Assembly (NCBI GenBank): GCA_030428125.1
Contig: JAUIBF010000001.1
Span: 162,793-226,792, forward strand
Direction of reading: 5' to 3'
Origin: a bacterium
GTDB lineage: Bacteria > Patescibacteriota > Saccharimonadia > Saccharimonadales > SZUA-47
DNA: 64,000 nt
Shown: positions 9,702 to 19,895 of the stretch, one piece after another
Numbering within the stretch: the stretch's first letter is position 1
Layout: each line of letters begins with the position of its first letter
Made by a program: the position numbers and the translations under genes
The notes under the pieces: model-generated
What the model was told of the DNA's origin: nothing
The model's input: only the letters and a program-made list of their open reading frames with translations
The model's database searches: none

Positions 9702-11891
9702 GTGCTAGTGCTAGATGTAATTGAAGGCTTAAACGAAGAACAGAAAAGGGCGGTCCTAACAACTGAAGGGCCGCTTCTTATTCAGGCTGGGGCTGGGTCA
9801 GGCAAAACCAAAACCTTAACTCACCGGATCGCAAATATTCTGCAACAAAATTTAGCTCAAGGCTCTCAGATTTTGGCAGTTACGTTTACCAATAAAGCTG
9901 CTAAAGAAATGCGTGAGAGAGTAGCTAGTCTGCTCGGAGAAAATCCAGACAACAGGTCGTTCCTGCCATTTATGGGGACTTTTCATGGTGTATGTGTGCG
10001 TTTTTTGAGGCAAGACGGTGATCATATTGGCGTGCCTAAAACTTTTGTAATTTATGATGAGGCCGACAAACTTGCCGCTATAAAGCAGGTGAGTAAAAAA
10101 CTAATGATCGACGAGAAAACCTATCCTCCACGTACAATTGCAAATCTTATCAGCAGTGCAAAAAATGAAGCAATAAGCTCACAAGACTATGCTGGCATAG
10201 CAAACAGTCCTAGTCAAAAAACTGCAGCTCAAGTTTACCCACTTTATCAAACAGTGTTAAAAGATGCTGGTGCATTGGATTTTGACGATTTAATATTAAA
10301 AACATTACAACTGCTATCAATACCTGAAGTTAGGAACAAGTGGCAAACTAACTTTCGTTACATCATGATTGATGAGTACCAAGACACGAATGGAGCACAA
10401 TACAAGCTAGTCAAGCTGCTAGTAAATGAAAATAATAATATCGCTGTTGTAGGTGACGATTGGCAAAGTATTTATAGTTGGCGCGGGGCGGATTTTAGAA
10501 ATATATTGAATTTTGAAAGAGACTACAAAGATGTAGCTGTTATCAAGCTTGAACAAAATTATCGGAGCACAAAACCAATACTAGATGGGGCTCATGTGGT
10601 AATCACCAAAAATAAACAACGAAGTGACAAAAAACTGTGGACATCGATTAGCAAAGGAAAGCCTATTCAAATTGTTTCTGTTAGTACTGAGCGTGCCGAA
10701 GCAGAAACTCTTGTTCGTCGCATTAAAAATGCAGTCGACGGAGATATGCGAAAACTTCAAGAATTTGCTGTTCTGTACAGAACAAACGCACAAAGTAGGG
10801 CAGTGGAAGAAGCTTTCCTGCACTACGGGGTTCCATACCGGATTGTTGGCGGGCAAAGGTTTTATGATAGAAAAGAAATCAAAGATATAGTTGCATATCT
10901 TAGATTTATTTTTCAGCCAGCCGATAGAGTTAGTTTCGAGAGGGTAGTAAATGTTCCAGCGAGAGGTATTGGTAATGTTTCACTGCAGCGATTTTATGAA
11001 TATATCGAAGCTAACGATCTTAGTTTATTGCAAGGCCTAGAAAAGGCTCGGGACATACCCAAGTTGCCTGCTAAAGCGGCTAGTGGACTAACAGAACTCG
11101 CAGATATTGTGTTAAGTGCCCAGTCGGTGATGGAAGACGCTGCAGTTGTAGGAATTATAGATTCACTCATCAGAAGAATTGATTATATGGACTATCTGTC
11201 TGACGGGACACCGAGTGGTGAAGCTCGTCAGGAAAACGTTCGAGAACTGCTTAGTGTAGCAAAAGAATACAATGAGTTAGGTTTAAGTGGATTTCTGGAA
11301 GAAATTTCACTAGTTAGCGATATAGACCAAGCGAACTTTAATACTAATGCTGTGACGTTAATGACACTGCATGCCGCTAAAGGTCTGGAGTTCCCTGTTG
11401 TGTTCATGGTTGGAATGGAAGAGACAGTTTTCCCGCATAGTCGTGCCCTCTACGAAGCTACTGAAATGGAAGAAGAAAGGCGCCTTTGCTATGTGGGTAT
11501 GACACGGGCAAAAGAAGAGCTATATATGATGCATGCATCAAGTAGAATGCTCTACGGTGGAACTCAGCACAACCCACCTGCTAGATTTTTATCAGAAATA
11601 TCTGGCGAGTCAATTCAGGAGGGTAACGGATTCGGGAATAGCTCATTTGGCAGTTCACAGAATATGCAATCGAAATTTGGTAACCTTACGGGATGGGCAG
11701 AAAATTTAAGTAGCAAATCGGAAGACGAACCGAAGTATATTGTAGATTTTGAAATAGGTGATGCCGTGGAACATCAGTTGTTTGGTCGTGGAACAGTTGT
11801 TGATATGGATGGCGATAATCTAGCAATCCACTTCAAGGGAAAAGGTACTAAAAAACTTAACGCGTCTTTCGCACCGATCAAGAAATTATGA
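9702..11891 (+). CDS. uvrD: UvrD/PcrA-type ATP-dependent DNA helicase (alternative start codon; the exact start is uncertain).
   Basis: Walker A GAGSGKTKTLTHRIA, helicase motifs TFH, DEYQDTN, VGDDWQSIYSWRGA and TLHAAKGLEFPVV. Confidence 0.9.
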   Translation: MLVLDVIEGLNEEQKRAVLTTEGPLLIQAGAGSGKTKTLTHRIANILQQNLAQGSQILAVTFTNKAAKEMRERVASLLGENPDNRSFLPFMGTFHGVCVRFLRQDGDHIGVPKTFVIYDEADKLAAIKQVSKKLMIDEKTYPPRTIANLISSAKNEAISSQDYAGIANSPSQKTAAQVYPLYQTVLKDAGALDFDDLILKTLQLLSIPEVRNKWQTNFRYIMIDEYQDTNGAQYKLVKLLVNENNNIAVVGDDWQSIYSWRGADFRNILNFERDYKDVAVIKLEQNYRSTKPILDGAHVVITKNKQRSDKKLWTSISKGKPIQIVSVSTERAEAETLVRRIKNAVDGDMRKLQEFAVLYRTNAQSRAVEEAFLHYGVPYRIVGGQRFYDRKEIKDIVAYLRFIFQPADRVSFERVVNVPARGIGNVSLQRFYEYIEANDLSLLQGLEKARDIPKLPAKAASGLTELADIVLSAQSVMEDAAVVGIIDSLIRRIDYMDYLSDGTPSGEARQENVRELLSVAKEYNELGLSGFLEEISLVSDIDQANFNTNAVTLMTLHAAKGLEFPVVFMVGMEETVFPHSRALYEATEMEEERRLCYVGMTRAKEELYMMHASSRMLYGGTQHNPPARFLSEISGESIQEGNGFGNSSFGSSQNMQSKFGNLTGWAENLSSKSEDEPKYIVDFEIGDAVEHQLFGRGTVVDMDGDNLAIHFKGKGTKKLNASFAPIKKL

Positions 11892-12304
11892 GCATAGGTG
11901 TAATTCTGTACTATCTGTCATGGCCTCTGCTTTGGTTTTACTCACCACTAACAGTAAGAGTAAGAGTAATAATCAAACATAATGATGAGGTATTAGTAGT
12001 TAAAAACTGGTTTGGTTCTGGGTATTGGCAGCTTCCTGGTGGAGGAATCAAAGCGGGAGAAAAACCATTACAAGCGGCAAATAGGGAGGTCAAAGAAGAG
12101 TTGAGTATAAAACTAAAAAACTTAGAATTAATTTCAAATGAAGCAGTAGTTTACGGACAACACGGATTAATAAAGAGAAATTACTTCGTACTAGCCAAGA
12201 TTGAGTCAAAACCAGCAGTCAAAATGTCCAGCGAAATTACGGACCACAAGTGGATAGATTTAAGCAGTTTCAAATTTCCAAAACAGGTGTCAGAAAAGAT
12301 ATAG
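11888..12304 (+). CDS. NUDIX hydrolase.
   Basis: Nudix box GGGIKAGEKPLQAANREVKEELSI. The ATGA overlap with uvrD suggests coupling. Confidence 0.75.
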   Translation: MSIGVILYYLSWPLLWFYSPLTVRVRVIIKHNDEVLVVKNWFGSGYWQLPGGGIKAGEKPLQAANREVKEELSIKLKNLELISNEAVVYGQHGLIKRNYFVLAKIESKPAVKMSSEITDHKWIDLSSFKFPKQVSEKI

Positions 12305-12360
12305 AATAAGGCCAAATGCTATACTAGTACCTGGCTTTATAGAGTAAGCCATTTTTTGCT

Positions 12361-13614
12361 ATGGTTAAGAAGTCTAAGAAATTTCTAAAGAAGACAAAGA
12401 CTAAGGCCAAGAAGAAAGCCAAGTTTTTGCTAAGGCACCCATTTTTACTGCCGGTGACCATATTTTTTGTAGTTGTATTTTTCGGAATGGGAATGTTCGT
12501 TACTGTTGGAGCGACTACCGGAGGTGCCAAAGACAAGCATATTGTTAACATTTATGTTGACGGAGAAAAACAAACTGTTAGTACACGCGCAAAAACAGTT
12601 GAAGAATTATTCGACAGACTAGAAATAAAACTAATCGATGAAGATATTGTAGAACCCTCCAGGGAAACTCCAATAATTGACGATGATACACAAGTAAACG
12701 TATACCGGGCTAGACCCGTGTCGGTTATTGACGGAGAAAGGACCATTACAATCCTAAGTGCTCAACGGGCACCTAGACTCTTGGCATTTGAAGCAGGGTT
12801 AAAATTACACCCAGAAGATGATGCAATTCTACAGTCTGCAGAAGCTGACTTGCTAGAAAACACCTCACCTGAACAGGTGGTTATAAATCGTTCAGTTCCT
12901 ATTCAGATCAATATATTTGGAGTAATCAGGCAGTACAGAACGACGGCCAAAACAGTAGCGGATGTATTAATCGAAAATAATATAGAGCTTCAGGAAAGGG
13001 AGACTGTGCAACCTGAAGATTTAACCACATCCATCACATCGAACATGCTAATTTCAGTAAATGCACCAGGCGTAAAAACAGAATCAGTAACCGAAGTCAT
13101 ACCATATGAGTCTGAAACTATCCTAGACGACAACCTAGAGACTGGACAACGTGAATTACGTACAGAAGGTGAGAATGGGGAGAAGGCAGTTATTTACGAG
13201 ATTACAGAAGAAAACGGCGAGGAGGTTTCCCGTAGAGAAATACAAACAATAGTCACCAAAAAGCCAGTCAATGAAGTATATGCTCGAGGAACCAAGCCTG
13301 CAACTCTTAGTCCTACGGTTAGCGTTTCAGAGGATAAAGCGGCTCTGATGGCTGCTGCTGGAATAGCTGCCAGTGATTATCCATATGTGGACTTTATTAT
13401 TAGCCACGAATCGAACTGGCGACCGGGAGCTTACAATTCCGGTTCGGGTGCTTACGGCTTATGCCAGAGCCTGCCAGCTAGTAAAATGGCCAGTGCGGGT
13501 GCCGACTACTTGACTAATCCAGTTACCCAGTTACGGTGGTGTTCGGGATATTCATCTAGGTATGGTGGCTGGCAGGGCGCGTACAACGCCTGGCTTGCTC
13601 AGGGCTGGTGGTAG
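12361..13614 (+). CDS. G5-domain cell-wall hydrolase. It has an N-terminal TM, DUF348-like repeats, a G5 domain and a C-terminal lysozyme-like domain (RpfB/YabE-like architecture).
   Basis: G5-like TEVIPYESETILDDNLETGQRELRTEGENGEKAVIYEITEENGEEVSRREIQTIVTKKPVNEVYARG. C-terminal SHESNW...GAYGLCQ...YGGW resembles SLT/lysozyme-like catalytic motifs. Confidence 0.6.
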   Translation: MVKKSKKFLKKTKTKAKKKAKFLLRHPFLLPVTIFFVVVFFGMGMFVTVGATTGGAKDKHIVNIYVDGEKQTVSTRAKTVEELFDRLEIKLIDEDIVEPSRETPIIDDDTQVNVYRARPVSVIDGERTITILSAQRAPRLLAFEAGLKLHPEDDAILQSAEADLLENTSPEQVVINRSVPIQINIFGVIRQYRTTAKTVADVLIENNIELQERETVQPEDLTTSITSNMLISVNAPGVKTESVTEVIPYESETILDDNLETGQRELRTEGENGEKAVIYEITEENGEEVSRREIQTIVTKKPVNEVYARGTKPATLSPTVSVSEDKAALMAAAGIAASDYPYVDFIISHESNWRPGAYNSGSGAYGLCQSLPASKMASAGADYLTNPVTQLRWCSGYSSRYGGWQGAYNAWLAQGWW

Positions 13615-13666
13615 TTTCTGTATCAGTTAAGTTTTGCTATAGTTAACTTCATAAAGAGGAAATTAA

Positions 13667-14035
13667 ATGAGTACGAGACATTTGAGGCAAGGTGTTCACG
13701 AGGCATTAAGGCCTCTGTATTTAGCTTGCGTAGAAGAATTAGACAGAACTGGAGTAGCAAGAGAGCATCCAGATGGAGTGAGAGTCACTACTTGTGAATC
13801 TCTCGGTGGGGCAGCAATTACCAGAACAGACGATGAGACTTCGGTCAGCATTACTGTAAGTGGAGAGTTTGTATTGCCTGGTTCCGGGACGGAAGAAGAG
13901 GTTGACATAACGTTCGCAGATGACATGAGGGACCTTTCAGATTCTAGAGTAGATTCTACGTTGCGTGGAACAATAGGACTAAGAGATTATCGAAGATACG
14001 CCAGAGATATGATGAGTCTAGTTAGGCCGGAATAG
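13667..14035 (+). CDS. Hypothetical Arg/Asp-rich protein.
   Basis: Good RBS aaagagga. No recognisable motif. Confidence 0.5.
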   Translation: MSTRHLRQGVHEALRPLYLACVEELDRTGVAREHPDGVRVTTCESLGGAAITRTDDETSVSITVSGEFVLPGSGTEEEVDITFADDMRDLSDSRVDSTLRGTIGLRDYRRYARDMMSLVRPE

Positions 14036-14036
14036 G

Positions 14037-14825
14037 TTGATGTCCCAGCCTAAAAAAGAGCTAGGTCAGCATTGGTTGCAGGATGAAGGTATCCTTAATG
14101 CAATAGTTGAAGCTGGAAAAGTTACAGCTAATGACAATGTCTTAGAAATTGGACCAGGACTAGGAACCCTAACCCAGAAATTAGCTGACACCAGTGCTAG
14201 TATTGCGGCTTTAGAGTACGATGAGGAACTACTCTCTGGATTAAACAGAAAGTTTAAAAATTGCAACAACGTGGCAATTATAGAAGGGGATGTAAGGACT
14301 TTTGATTTTAATACTTTTAAAACAGGCTATAAGATAATCGCAAACATACCTTACTACTTAACAAGTAACTTGATAAGGTCTATAAGCGAGTCCGATAACC
14401 CACCATCAATTGCGGTATTGCTTATACAGAAGGAAGTCGCAGAAAGATTATGTGCTAAGCCGGGACAAATGAGTATATTGTCCGCAACAGCACAATATTA
14501 TTTCGAGTGCAGACTGGATATTGAAGTTCCTGCGGAATACTTTACTCCTCCACCAAAGGTAGGCTCGCAAGTAGTTGTTTTGAAATATCGAGAACAGAAG
14601 CTGTTTGACGTTGATGAAAGCACTCTATTTAAGTTAATAAAAGCTGGTTTCTCAGAAAAAAGAAAAACACTCAGGAATAGCCTTAGTGGTGGTCTAGCAA
14701 TAGACAAGGAAGATGCTGAGAAATTGCTAAAATCTGCCGGCCTGGATCCAAAAAAGCGTGCTCAAGAGCTAAATTTGGATGATTGGCATAAGCTATACTT
14801 GACATATGAACCAACACGACCATAG
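14037..14825 (+). CDS. rsmA: 16S rRNA (adenine1518/1519-N6)-dimethyltransferase RsmA/KsgA.
   Basis: LGQHWL, SAM-binding EIGPGLGTLT and IANIPYYLTS motifs. Confidence 0.9.
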   Translation: MMSQPKKELGQHWLQDEGILNAIVEAGKVTANDNVLEIGPGLGTLTQKLADTSASIAALEYDEELLSGLNRKFKNCNNVAIIEGDVRTFDFNTFKTGYKIIANIPYYLTSNLIRSISESDNPPSIAVLLIQKEVAERLCAKPGQMSILSATAQYYFECRLDIEVPAEYFTPPPKVGSQVVVLKYREQKLFDVDESTLFKLIKAGFSEKRKTLRNSLSGGLAIDKEDAEKLLKSAGLDPKKRAQELNLDDWHKLYLTYEPTRP

Positions 14826-15318
14826 CGAACACCACAGTCACAAGGAAAACAAAAATACTCTAGAATACATAAAATTTGCAGGGGTAATTGTTTTAGTTGT
14901 TGTTCTGTCGGCGATTATTGAAAAAAATTCAGCGGTTACCTACATGGAAGTTTTTATGGGTGTATTTTTTGCAGTTTTTGGATTTTTCAAGATAATAAAC
15001 CTCAAAGAGTTTGCTTACGGGTTTCAAAGCTATGACTTAATTGCGAAAAATAGCCTACTGTATAGCTACTCATACCCATTTATTCAACTTGCGTTCGCAT
15101 TCTTATACCTTTATGGCGCAGGTTCGATAATGTGGGTAAGTTATACCGTGCTCATTGTTTCACTAATAAGTGGTTTAGGAGTACTGCAGGCGTTAGGTTC
15201 TGGAGCTAAAGTTCATTGTGTTTGTTTGGGCAATGTAATTAAGCTGCCTCTTTCTACGATTAGTTTCGTAGAAGATTTTGGCATGGCATTAATGGCGATA
15301 GCAATTATAGTGCTATAA
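14806..15318 (+). CDS. Integral membrane protein (about 4 TM; DoxX/MauE-like) with a His-rich N-terminus.
   Basis: Hydropathy shows several TM segments and a HCVCLG motif. It overlaps the rsmA end. Confidence 0.45.
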   Translation: MNQHDHSEHHSHKENKNTLEYIKFAGVIVLVVVLSAIIEKNSAVTYMEVFMGVFFAVFGFFKIINLKEFAYGFQSYDLIAKNSLLYSYSYPFIQLAFAFLYLYGAGSIMWVSYTVLIVSLISGLGVLQALGSGAKVHCVCLGNVIKLPLSTISFVEDFGMALMAIAIIVL

Positions 15319-15416
15319 CTCACTGAACGAGTTTAGTGATTGTGGTTTAGTATATTACACAAGCGTTAGACGTAAAAAAATTTATAAATGTTATAATTCT
15401 TAACAGGTAAACGACT

Positions 15417-15839
15417 ATGCAACAACAATTATCTTGGCAGTTTCATAAAATATCTTTTTTGCTCGAAAAGACAGCTGATGAAGCTCTGAAAAGGCAGCTA
15501 GGTATCGGATTCGCGCAATATAAGGTGCTGGAAGCAGTCAATCACAACACACTGGCCCGCCAAAATACAGTGGCTGAGATGCTTGACCAAACAGAAGCTA
15601 GTATCAGCAGACAAGTAAGAATTCTTGAGAAAAAAGGCCTAATAAACATTACGGATGTTATGGGTAATCGTAGAGCAAAAGAGTTGAGTCTCACAACCGT
15701 TGGAGACGAAATGGTTCGTAATGCAGGCGAGACTATTGAGGTAGCACAAGCTAAATTTTTCACTAATGTTAGCCGGAATGATCAACAGAGATTGCTGATA
15801 ATGTTCGAAAATATGCTTAATAGTGCAAAAGAAAACTAG
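15417..15839 (+). CDS. MarR-family transcriptional regulator.
   Basis: Winged HTH FAQYKVLEAV...LARQNTVAEMLDQTEASISRQVRILEKKGLI. Confidence 0.8.
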   Translation: MQQQLSWQFHKISFLLEKTADEALKRQLGIGFAQYKVLEAVNHNTLARQNTVAEMLDQTEASISRQVRILEKKGLINITDVMGNRRAKELSLTTVGDEMVRNAGETIEVAQAKFFTNVSRNDQQRLLIMFENMLNSAKEN

Positions 15840-17047
15840 AGATACTTCTCCACATAGTAACTAAAAACCCCGTTAGTCCATCCGAATCCAGTCTGTGAAG
15901 GGTATAGTCCCTCTGTTGGTTTGAGCTTCAGGTTAACTACATTGTATTTTTCTAAAAATTCTCCATGGTACTGGTACCAGCTATTGCAGGTGTAAAGCCA
16001 CTTTTTAGCAATCATTTCCGCTTCTTCAGCATACCCATAATTTTCTAGTCCTTCTGTAACTATGTAATGCAGAGGCGCCCAACCATTTGGGTATGCCCAT
16101 TGGGTTTTCGTGGAACCAAACAAGTTTGTGTACATAAAAGAACCTTGGGTAGTAGTTAGACCTCCTTTTTTATCAAACTTATCTAGATTTTTTACTAGCT
16201 TTTTGGCTTGTGACTCACTAGCAAGTCCAGACCACATAGCATAGTAGGCAGCTAGAGACCAAACTGTTGACCGGTCTTTGGTGTGGTAATTGAAATCAAA
16301 ATAGAAGTTATTGCGTTTGTGCCACATAAGCTTATTAACTGTATGTTGTCTCTCTTCTGCCGCGTACTGCCAAACTCTTGCTTCAGCGTCGTTATCTGCA
16401 ATCTCTGCTGCTCGAGCAAAATCTGTTTCATACTTGTATAGTAAACAGTTTAAATCGATGGGTAGATAATCTAGACATTGTCGCCTAAACCTGGGGGTCA
16501 TGTCCCAGCCACTTTCTGCTTCTGCGAGGTCATGAAGGTAGTTGATGTCGTAGTATCTGCTAAGCCCATGATAGACACATCTGTCGTGTGGATGTTCGTG
16601 ACTCATCCATACCTCATGATATTCGCGCTTAGCGACTGACATATGTTTGAGTAGCCATGAATCTGACTTCTTGTACTTATCGTAAACATGAAATATAAAA
16701 GTCGTTAGAATGGGTGGTTGTGATCTGCTTGTGAAATAGTATCTGTTCGCATTTGGGATTAAACCGAAATCTTCGAATAGATGAATCAAGTTTTCGAGCA
16801 TTCCGGTAACCAGCTTTTCGTCGTCTATTCCGAGCGCCGTGAAATAGCTGTCCCAGTAATACTGTTCTTCGAATGCGAAATGATCATTTCCTGGACTCGG
16901 TACAATATAGGGGTTTGGAAGACTGATTAAAGTAGACGTAGATTTGGTACTTTTTCGAGTTAATTTTTTCCATAACTCAGAAATATACGCTTGCGCATCC
17001 TCAACATCCGCCCTAGAAAGCTTTACCTGGTCTTTTTTATCAATCAC
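15836..17047 (-). CDS. treA: Trehalase, glycoside hydrolase family 37.
   Basis: Both trehalase signatures are present: EQYYWDSYF (signature 1) and QWAYPNGWAP (signature 2), plus SRSQPP. Confidence 0.85.
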   Translation of the reverse strand: MIDKKDQVKLSRADVEDAQAYISELWKKLTRKSTKSTSTLISLPNPYIVPSPGNDHFAFEEQYYWDSYFTALGIDDEKLVTGMLENLIHLFEDFGLIPNANRYYFTSRSQPPILTTFIFHVYDKYKKSDSWLLKHMSVAKREYHEVWMSHEHPHDRCVYHGLSRYYDINYLHDLAEAESGWDMTPRFRRQCLDYLPIDLNCLLYKYETDFARAAEIADNDAEARVWQYAAEERQHTVNKLMWHKRNNFYFDFNYHTKDRSTVWSLAAYYAMWSGLASESQAKKLVKNLDKFDKKGGLTTTQGSFMYTNLFGSTKTQWAYPNGWAPLHYIVTEGLENYGYAEEAEMIAKKWLYTCNSWYQYHGEFLEKYNVVNLKLKPTEGLYPSQTGFGWTNGVFSYYVEKYL

Positions 17048-17097
17048 TACTTATAGTGTAACCATAAGAGGTAATATTGTATAGGTTTATTACTCTT

Positions 17098-17358
17098 TCA
17101 AGCCACTTCAACAATACTTGGTGGTACTGCTGAGCTAGCATTTATAGTAGCTACTTCAGCTGCTTCGGTTATCGAAACTGCTCTAAGTGCTTCATGTCCG
17201 ATCTGTGCTGCGTCGGTTTCTCTGTGAGTTCTTATGGCTTCGCCAATAGTGCTCGCAATTGCTCTCCCAGTGTCCCAAGTTCGGCCTGCAACCATACCCG
17301 GTACTCCCCAAACTTGCCACTCATGGAAGTAGTGGTTCGGACTTCTATCTGCGCCCAT
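17098..17358 (-). CDS. Hypothetical small protein.
   Basis: RBS AAAGGGGAAAT sits immediately upstream of the ATG on the minus strand. Confidence 0.4.
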   Translation of the reverse strand: MGADRSPNHYFHEWQVWGVPGMVAGRTWDTGRAIASTIGEAIRTHRETDAAQIGHEALRAVSITEAAEVATINASSAVPPSIVEVA

Positions 17359-17523
17359 CTTATTTCCCCTTTTGTTAGATTTTGTTTAATCCCTTTATTG
17401 CTTATGACTCTAAACCCTATAAGCTAAAAAGTATGTGATATTCCACACAAAACATAACCATCATAATATTATTGACAAAATATGTAAAAAGTACGATAAT
17501 GTGACTAACTAAAGGAGACATAA

Positions 17524-17787
17524 ATGTTTAACTCACTCTATAACGCGCTACTAGAATGGAATCGAAGTTCAGACGATCGCCAAAAACTACAACACACCTA
17601 TATCGTGCTAACAGTACTTTCAGTGATAGTTGCTGGAATCGTAAGCCTAGTTGATAACCAATCAGGCCAAGATATGCTACTCATCACAGTAGCTGCAGGT
17701 GCAATATTCTTAGTAAATGCTGTAATTTGGAGCTTGCTTGAATCAACCCTTCTCGCCAAGCTTTCAGGCCGACGTAAAAGACAGTAA
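17524..17787 (+). CDS. Small membrane protein (2 TM).
   Basis: RBS aaaggaga, and two hydrophobic helices. Confidence 0.5.
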   Translation: MFNSLYNALLEWNRSSDDRQKLQHTYIVLTVLSVIVAGIVSLVDNQSGQDMLLITVAAGAIFLVNAVIWSLLESTLLAKLSGRRKRQ

Positions 17788-17809
17788 GTCTTAGTAACTA
17801 TCTGTCTCT

Positions 17810-17852
17810 AACATAGACTCAGGAGGTTCCTCCGGGTCTATGTTTTTTATTT
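17810..17852. terminator. Bidirectional intrinsic terminator hairpin between convergent genes.
   Basis: aacatagac-tcaggaggttcctccgg-gtctatgtt nested palindrome followed by tttttatttgg. Confidence 0.6.
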
Positions 17853-18036
17853 GGTCAGGGAGGCTTTCGGTGTAAATATCATCTTCGAATTCGTCTTCAA
17901 TGTAATTTTCAGAATCAGCACTTGGTTTGTTAGTGTTTTTGAATTTTGAATCGCTTCTCACGTCATACACCTCCAAGTTAATTGCATGGCATATTATCAA
18001 GTATTTTAGAAAAAATCTGTGAGATTATTAACAAAA

Positions 18037-18432
18037 TTAAGATATATCAGCTAGCAAATCAGTCATCATTTCTCTAGGAAGAGAGTAGTCTCTAGCATCC
18101 ATACTGCCATTAAAATGGTATAACGGCGGACCTTCAATGAAGAAATTTATTACACGTAGCGGCATCTCTCTGGCGATTCCTGTATCAGGGTGGGGCTCTA
18201 GACCTTCTCGTGTATATTGCGCTCCAGCCTGCAAGGGACCAGATAGACCTTTTACGACACGCAAGAATCTTGCAGACTCCCTGCCTATTGTTCTAGGTGA
18301 ATCAAGTTCAAGTGTGAAGACCCGGTATGTATTACCATCATGCTCCCAACTTCTATATGCACTTCCATCAACATATTCGCGTAGTTTCGCTCCAGCTTCT
18401 ATGGCTTCTTCTGGAGAAACGACATCAATCAT
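18037..18432 (-). CDS. Hypothetical protein.
   Basis: ORF only. No motif or clear RBS. Confidence 0.4.
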   Translation of the reverse strand: MIDVVSPEEAIEAGAKLREYVDGSAYRSWEHDGNTYRVFTLELDSPRTIGRESARFLRVVKGLSGPLQAGAQYTREGLEPHPDTGIAREMPLRVINFFIEGPPLYHFNGSMDARDYSLPREMMTDLLADIS

Positions 18433-18601
18433 AAATTAATAATACAATAATATAAAGATTAAATCAATAAATGCTAGCCTTCGTTTAATTCGACAAAAGA
18501 GAGGATTCTTTTGTCGGAAAATGAAGCATCAAAAAGAACTCGCGACATTTTCTGATATTGATTCTCAGAAAATCATGCAAGCTCTTTGTACGTTGTTGAC
18601 G

Positions 18602-18985
18602 TGGTGGAGCTGGTGGGAATTGCACCCACGTCCATCGGCTAACTCATTGGATGACTACAAGCTTATTTTGTTTAGTGTGTCTTAGGTCAAATAGCTCTAA
18701 ACAAACAAAATACTAAATGACGGCAACCTTAAAATCTTAATACAACCCTTAAGGTGGCGGGGAAGTAAGCATCAGATAATATAAGACCCTCTGACTTTTA
18801 TCTGAGTCAAAGAGAGGATCGCAGTCTAAATAATTAGGCTGCTAGTGCGAATTGACGTTGCGCTAAAACGCGGTCTGCCATTTCGCTCAAAGATGTTTTT
18901 GCATCTATTGTTTTGCCCTATAACGGTGAGCAACCGGCTTGCCATGCCAACTTGTCAAGGTCCAATGTCGAGCTATATCAGCCCC
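18602..18985 (-). ncRNA. ssrA: tmRNA (ssrA), about 384 nt. The inferred tag is (A)DRVLAQRQFALAA.
   Basis: The minus strand reads 5'-GGGGCTGATATAGCTCGAC...-3' and ends ...GGACGTGGGTGCAATTCCCACCAGCTCCACCA-3'. This matches the canonical tmRNA tRNA-like ends, with a G-U at acceptor pair 3. The internal frame GCA GAC CGC GTT TTA GCG CAA CGT CAA TTC GCA CTA GCA GCC TAA encodes ...FALAA followed by a stop. Confidence 0.85.
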
Positions 18986-19195
18986 TCGTCGGCATGTAAT
19001 GGTGCTTGCACCAGAACTGCCGACGAAACAAGTTCCTCGGACACTTCTGGTACATTCACCAAGCTGCCTCCTCTCAATAATTCAAACAGAAACTGGTTTC
19101 TTCGTTTAAATTATTGGTTGTAGCTACAAGAGCTACGGCTTTGAAGCTATAAATACCCCAAAGTAACACTATTATAGCACAAAACACAAGCAAAA

Positions 19196-19816
19196 TCAAA
19201 ATTCGACGTTATCTATACAATATACAAGTATTGGTCTACTAGGATCGTTGTACGGTTCCAGAGTAAGCATTACTGCAATATCAGATTCTCTACCAGTTAT
19301 TGCGTCTGGGTGTACAAACACGGCAGGTTCATTGTATATGTTGTCGTAACTGCCTTTCCAGCCAGCTTCGTCAAGGCACTTAACTCTAGGCAACCAGTCC
19401 ATGTGTCCTAGCCCCGTTACAGATGGACCATAGGTTACTGTATATGGACCTACGCTTGGGTCGTCAAAACCCGCTTCTGGAGTTAATGGATCATTATCGT
19501 GATCGTATAACGGCAGGATAACTTCATTTAAATCGGCGCCGGTTCCATTAGGAATTATATTTCTAATAAACCTTGACCTCGGGCCATAGCTATCCCCGTA
19601 CTGACTGCCAGGCAATCGGTTATTGTTATTGGTCTTGTACTCTAATAGTGCGACCAATAATCTTTGAGCGTCTGACTTCCTTTGGTGGTTTCTAGAATTT
19701 CTTTGAAGTTGAGGGATAGCTAACAGAAAGATAGCCAATATTAACCCAACGATAGCAAGGACTATTAGGACTTCTATGATTGTGAAACCCTGTGCAACAT
19801 TTTGCTTACGCTTCAT
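19196..19816 (-). CDS. Type IV pilin / pseudopilin (prepilin-type N-terminal methylation domain).
   Basis: N-terminal KRKQNVAQGFTIIEVLIVLAIVGLILAI is a class III signal peptide (G|FTxxE). Confidence 0.8.
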   Translation of the reverse strand: MKRKQNVAQGFTIIEVLIVLAIVGLILAIFLLAIPQLQRNSRNHQRKSDAQRLLVALLEYKTNNNNRLPGSQYGDSYGPRSRFIRNIIPNGTGADLNEVILPLYDHDNDPLTPEAGFDDPSVGPYTVTYGPSVTGLGHMDWLPRVKCLDEAGWKGSYDNIYNEPAVFVHPDAITGRESDIAVMLTLEPYNDPSRPILVYCIDNVEF

Positions 19817-19895
19817 ACATATGATTATAAACTTTATAGAATAACAGTAAACAAGTTATTTTACTTTTAAACTACCAAATACAATCAATCACCAA

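Noticed and set aside
17791-18000. 69-aa acidic minus-strand ORF.
   Set aside because: Its 3' end is formed by the bidirectional terminator hairpin 17810-17852, and it has no RBS. Probably non-coding.
18845-19123. Plus-strand 92-aa ORF (with 18137-18439 nearby).
   Set aside because: It lies entirely within or against the minus-strand tmRNA gene, and its composition follows the structured RNA. Spurious.
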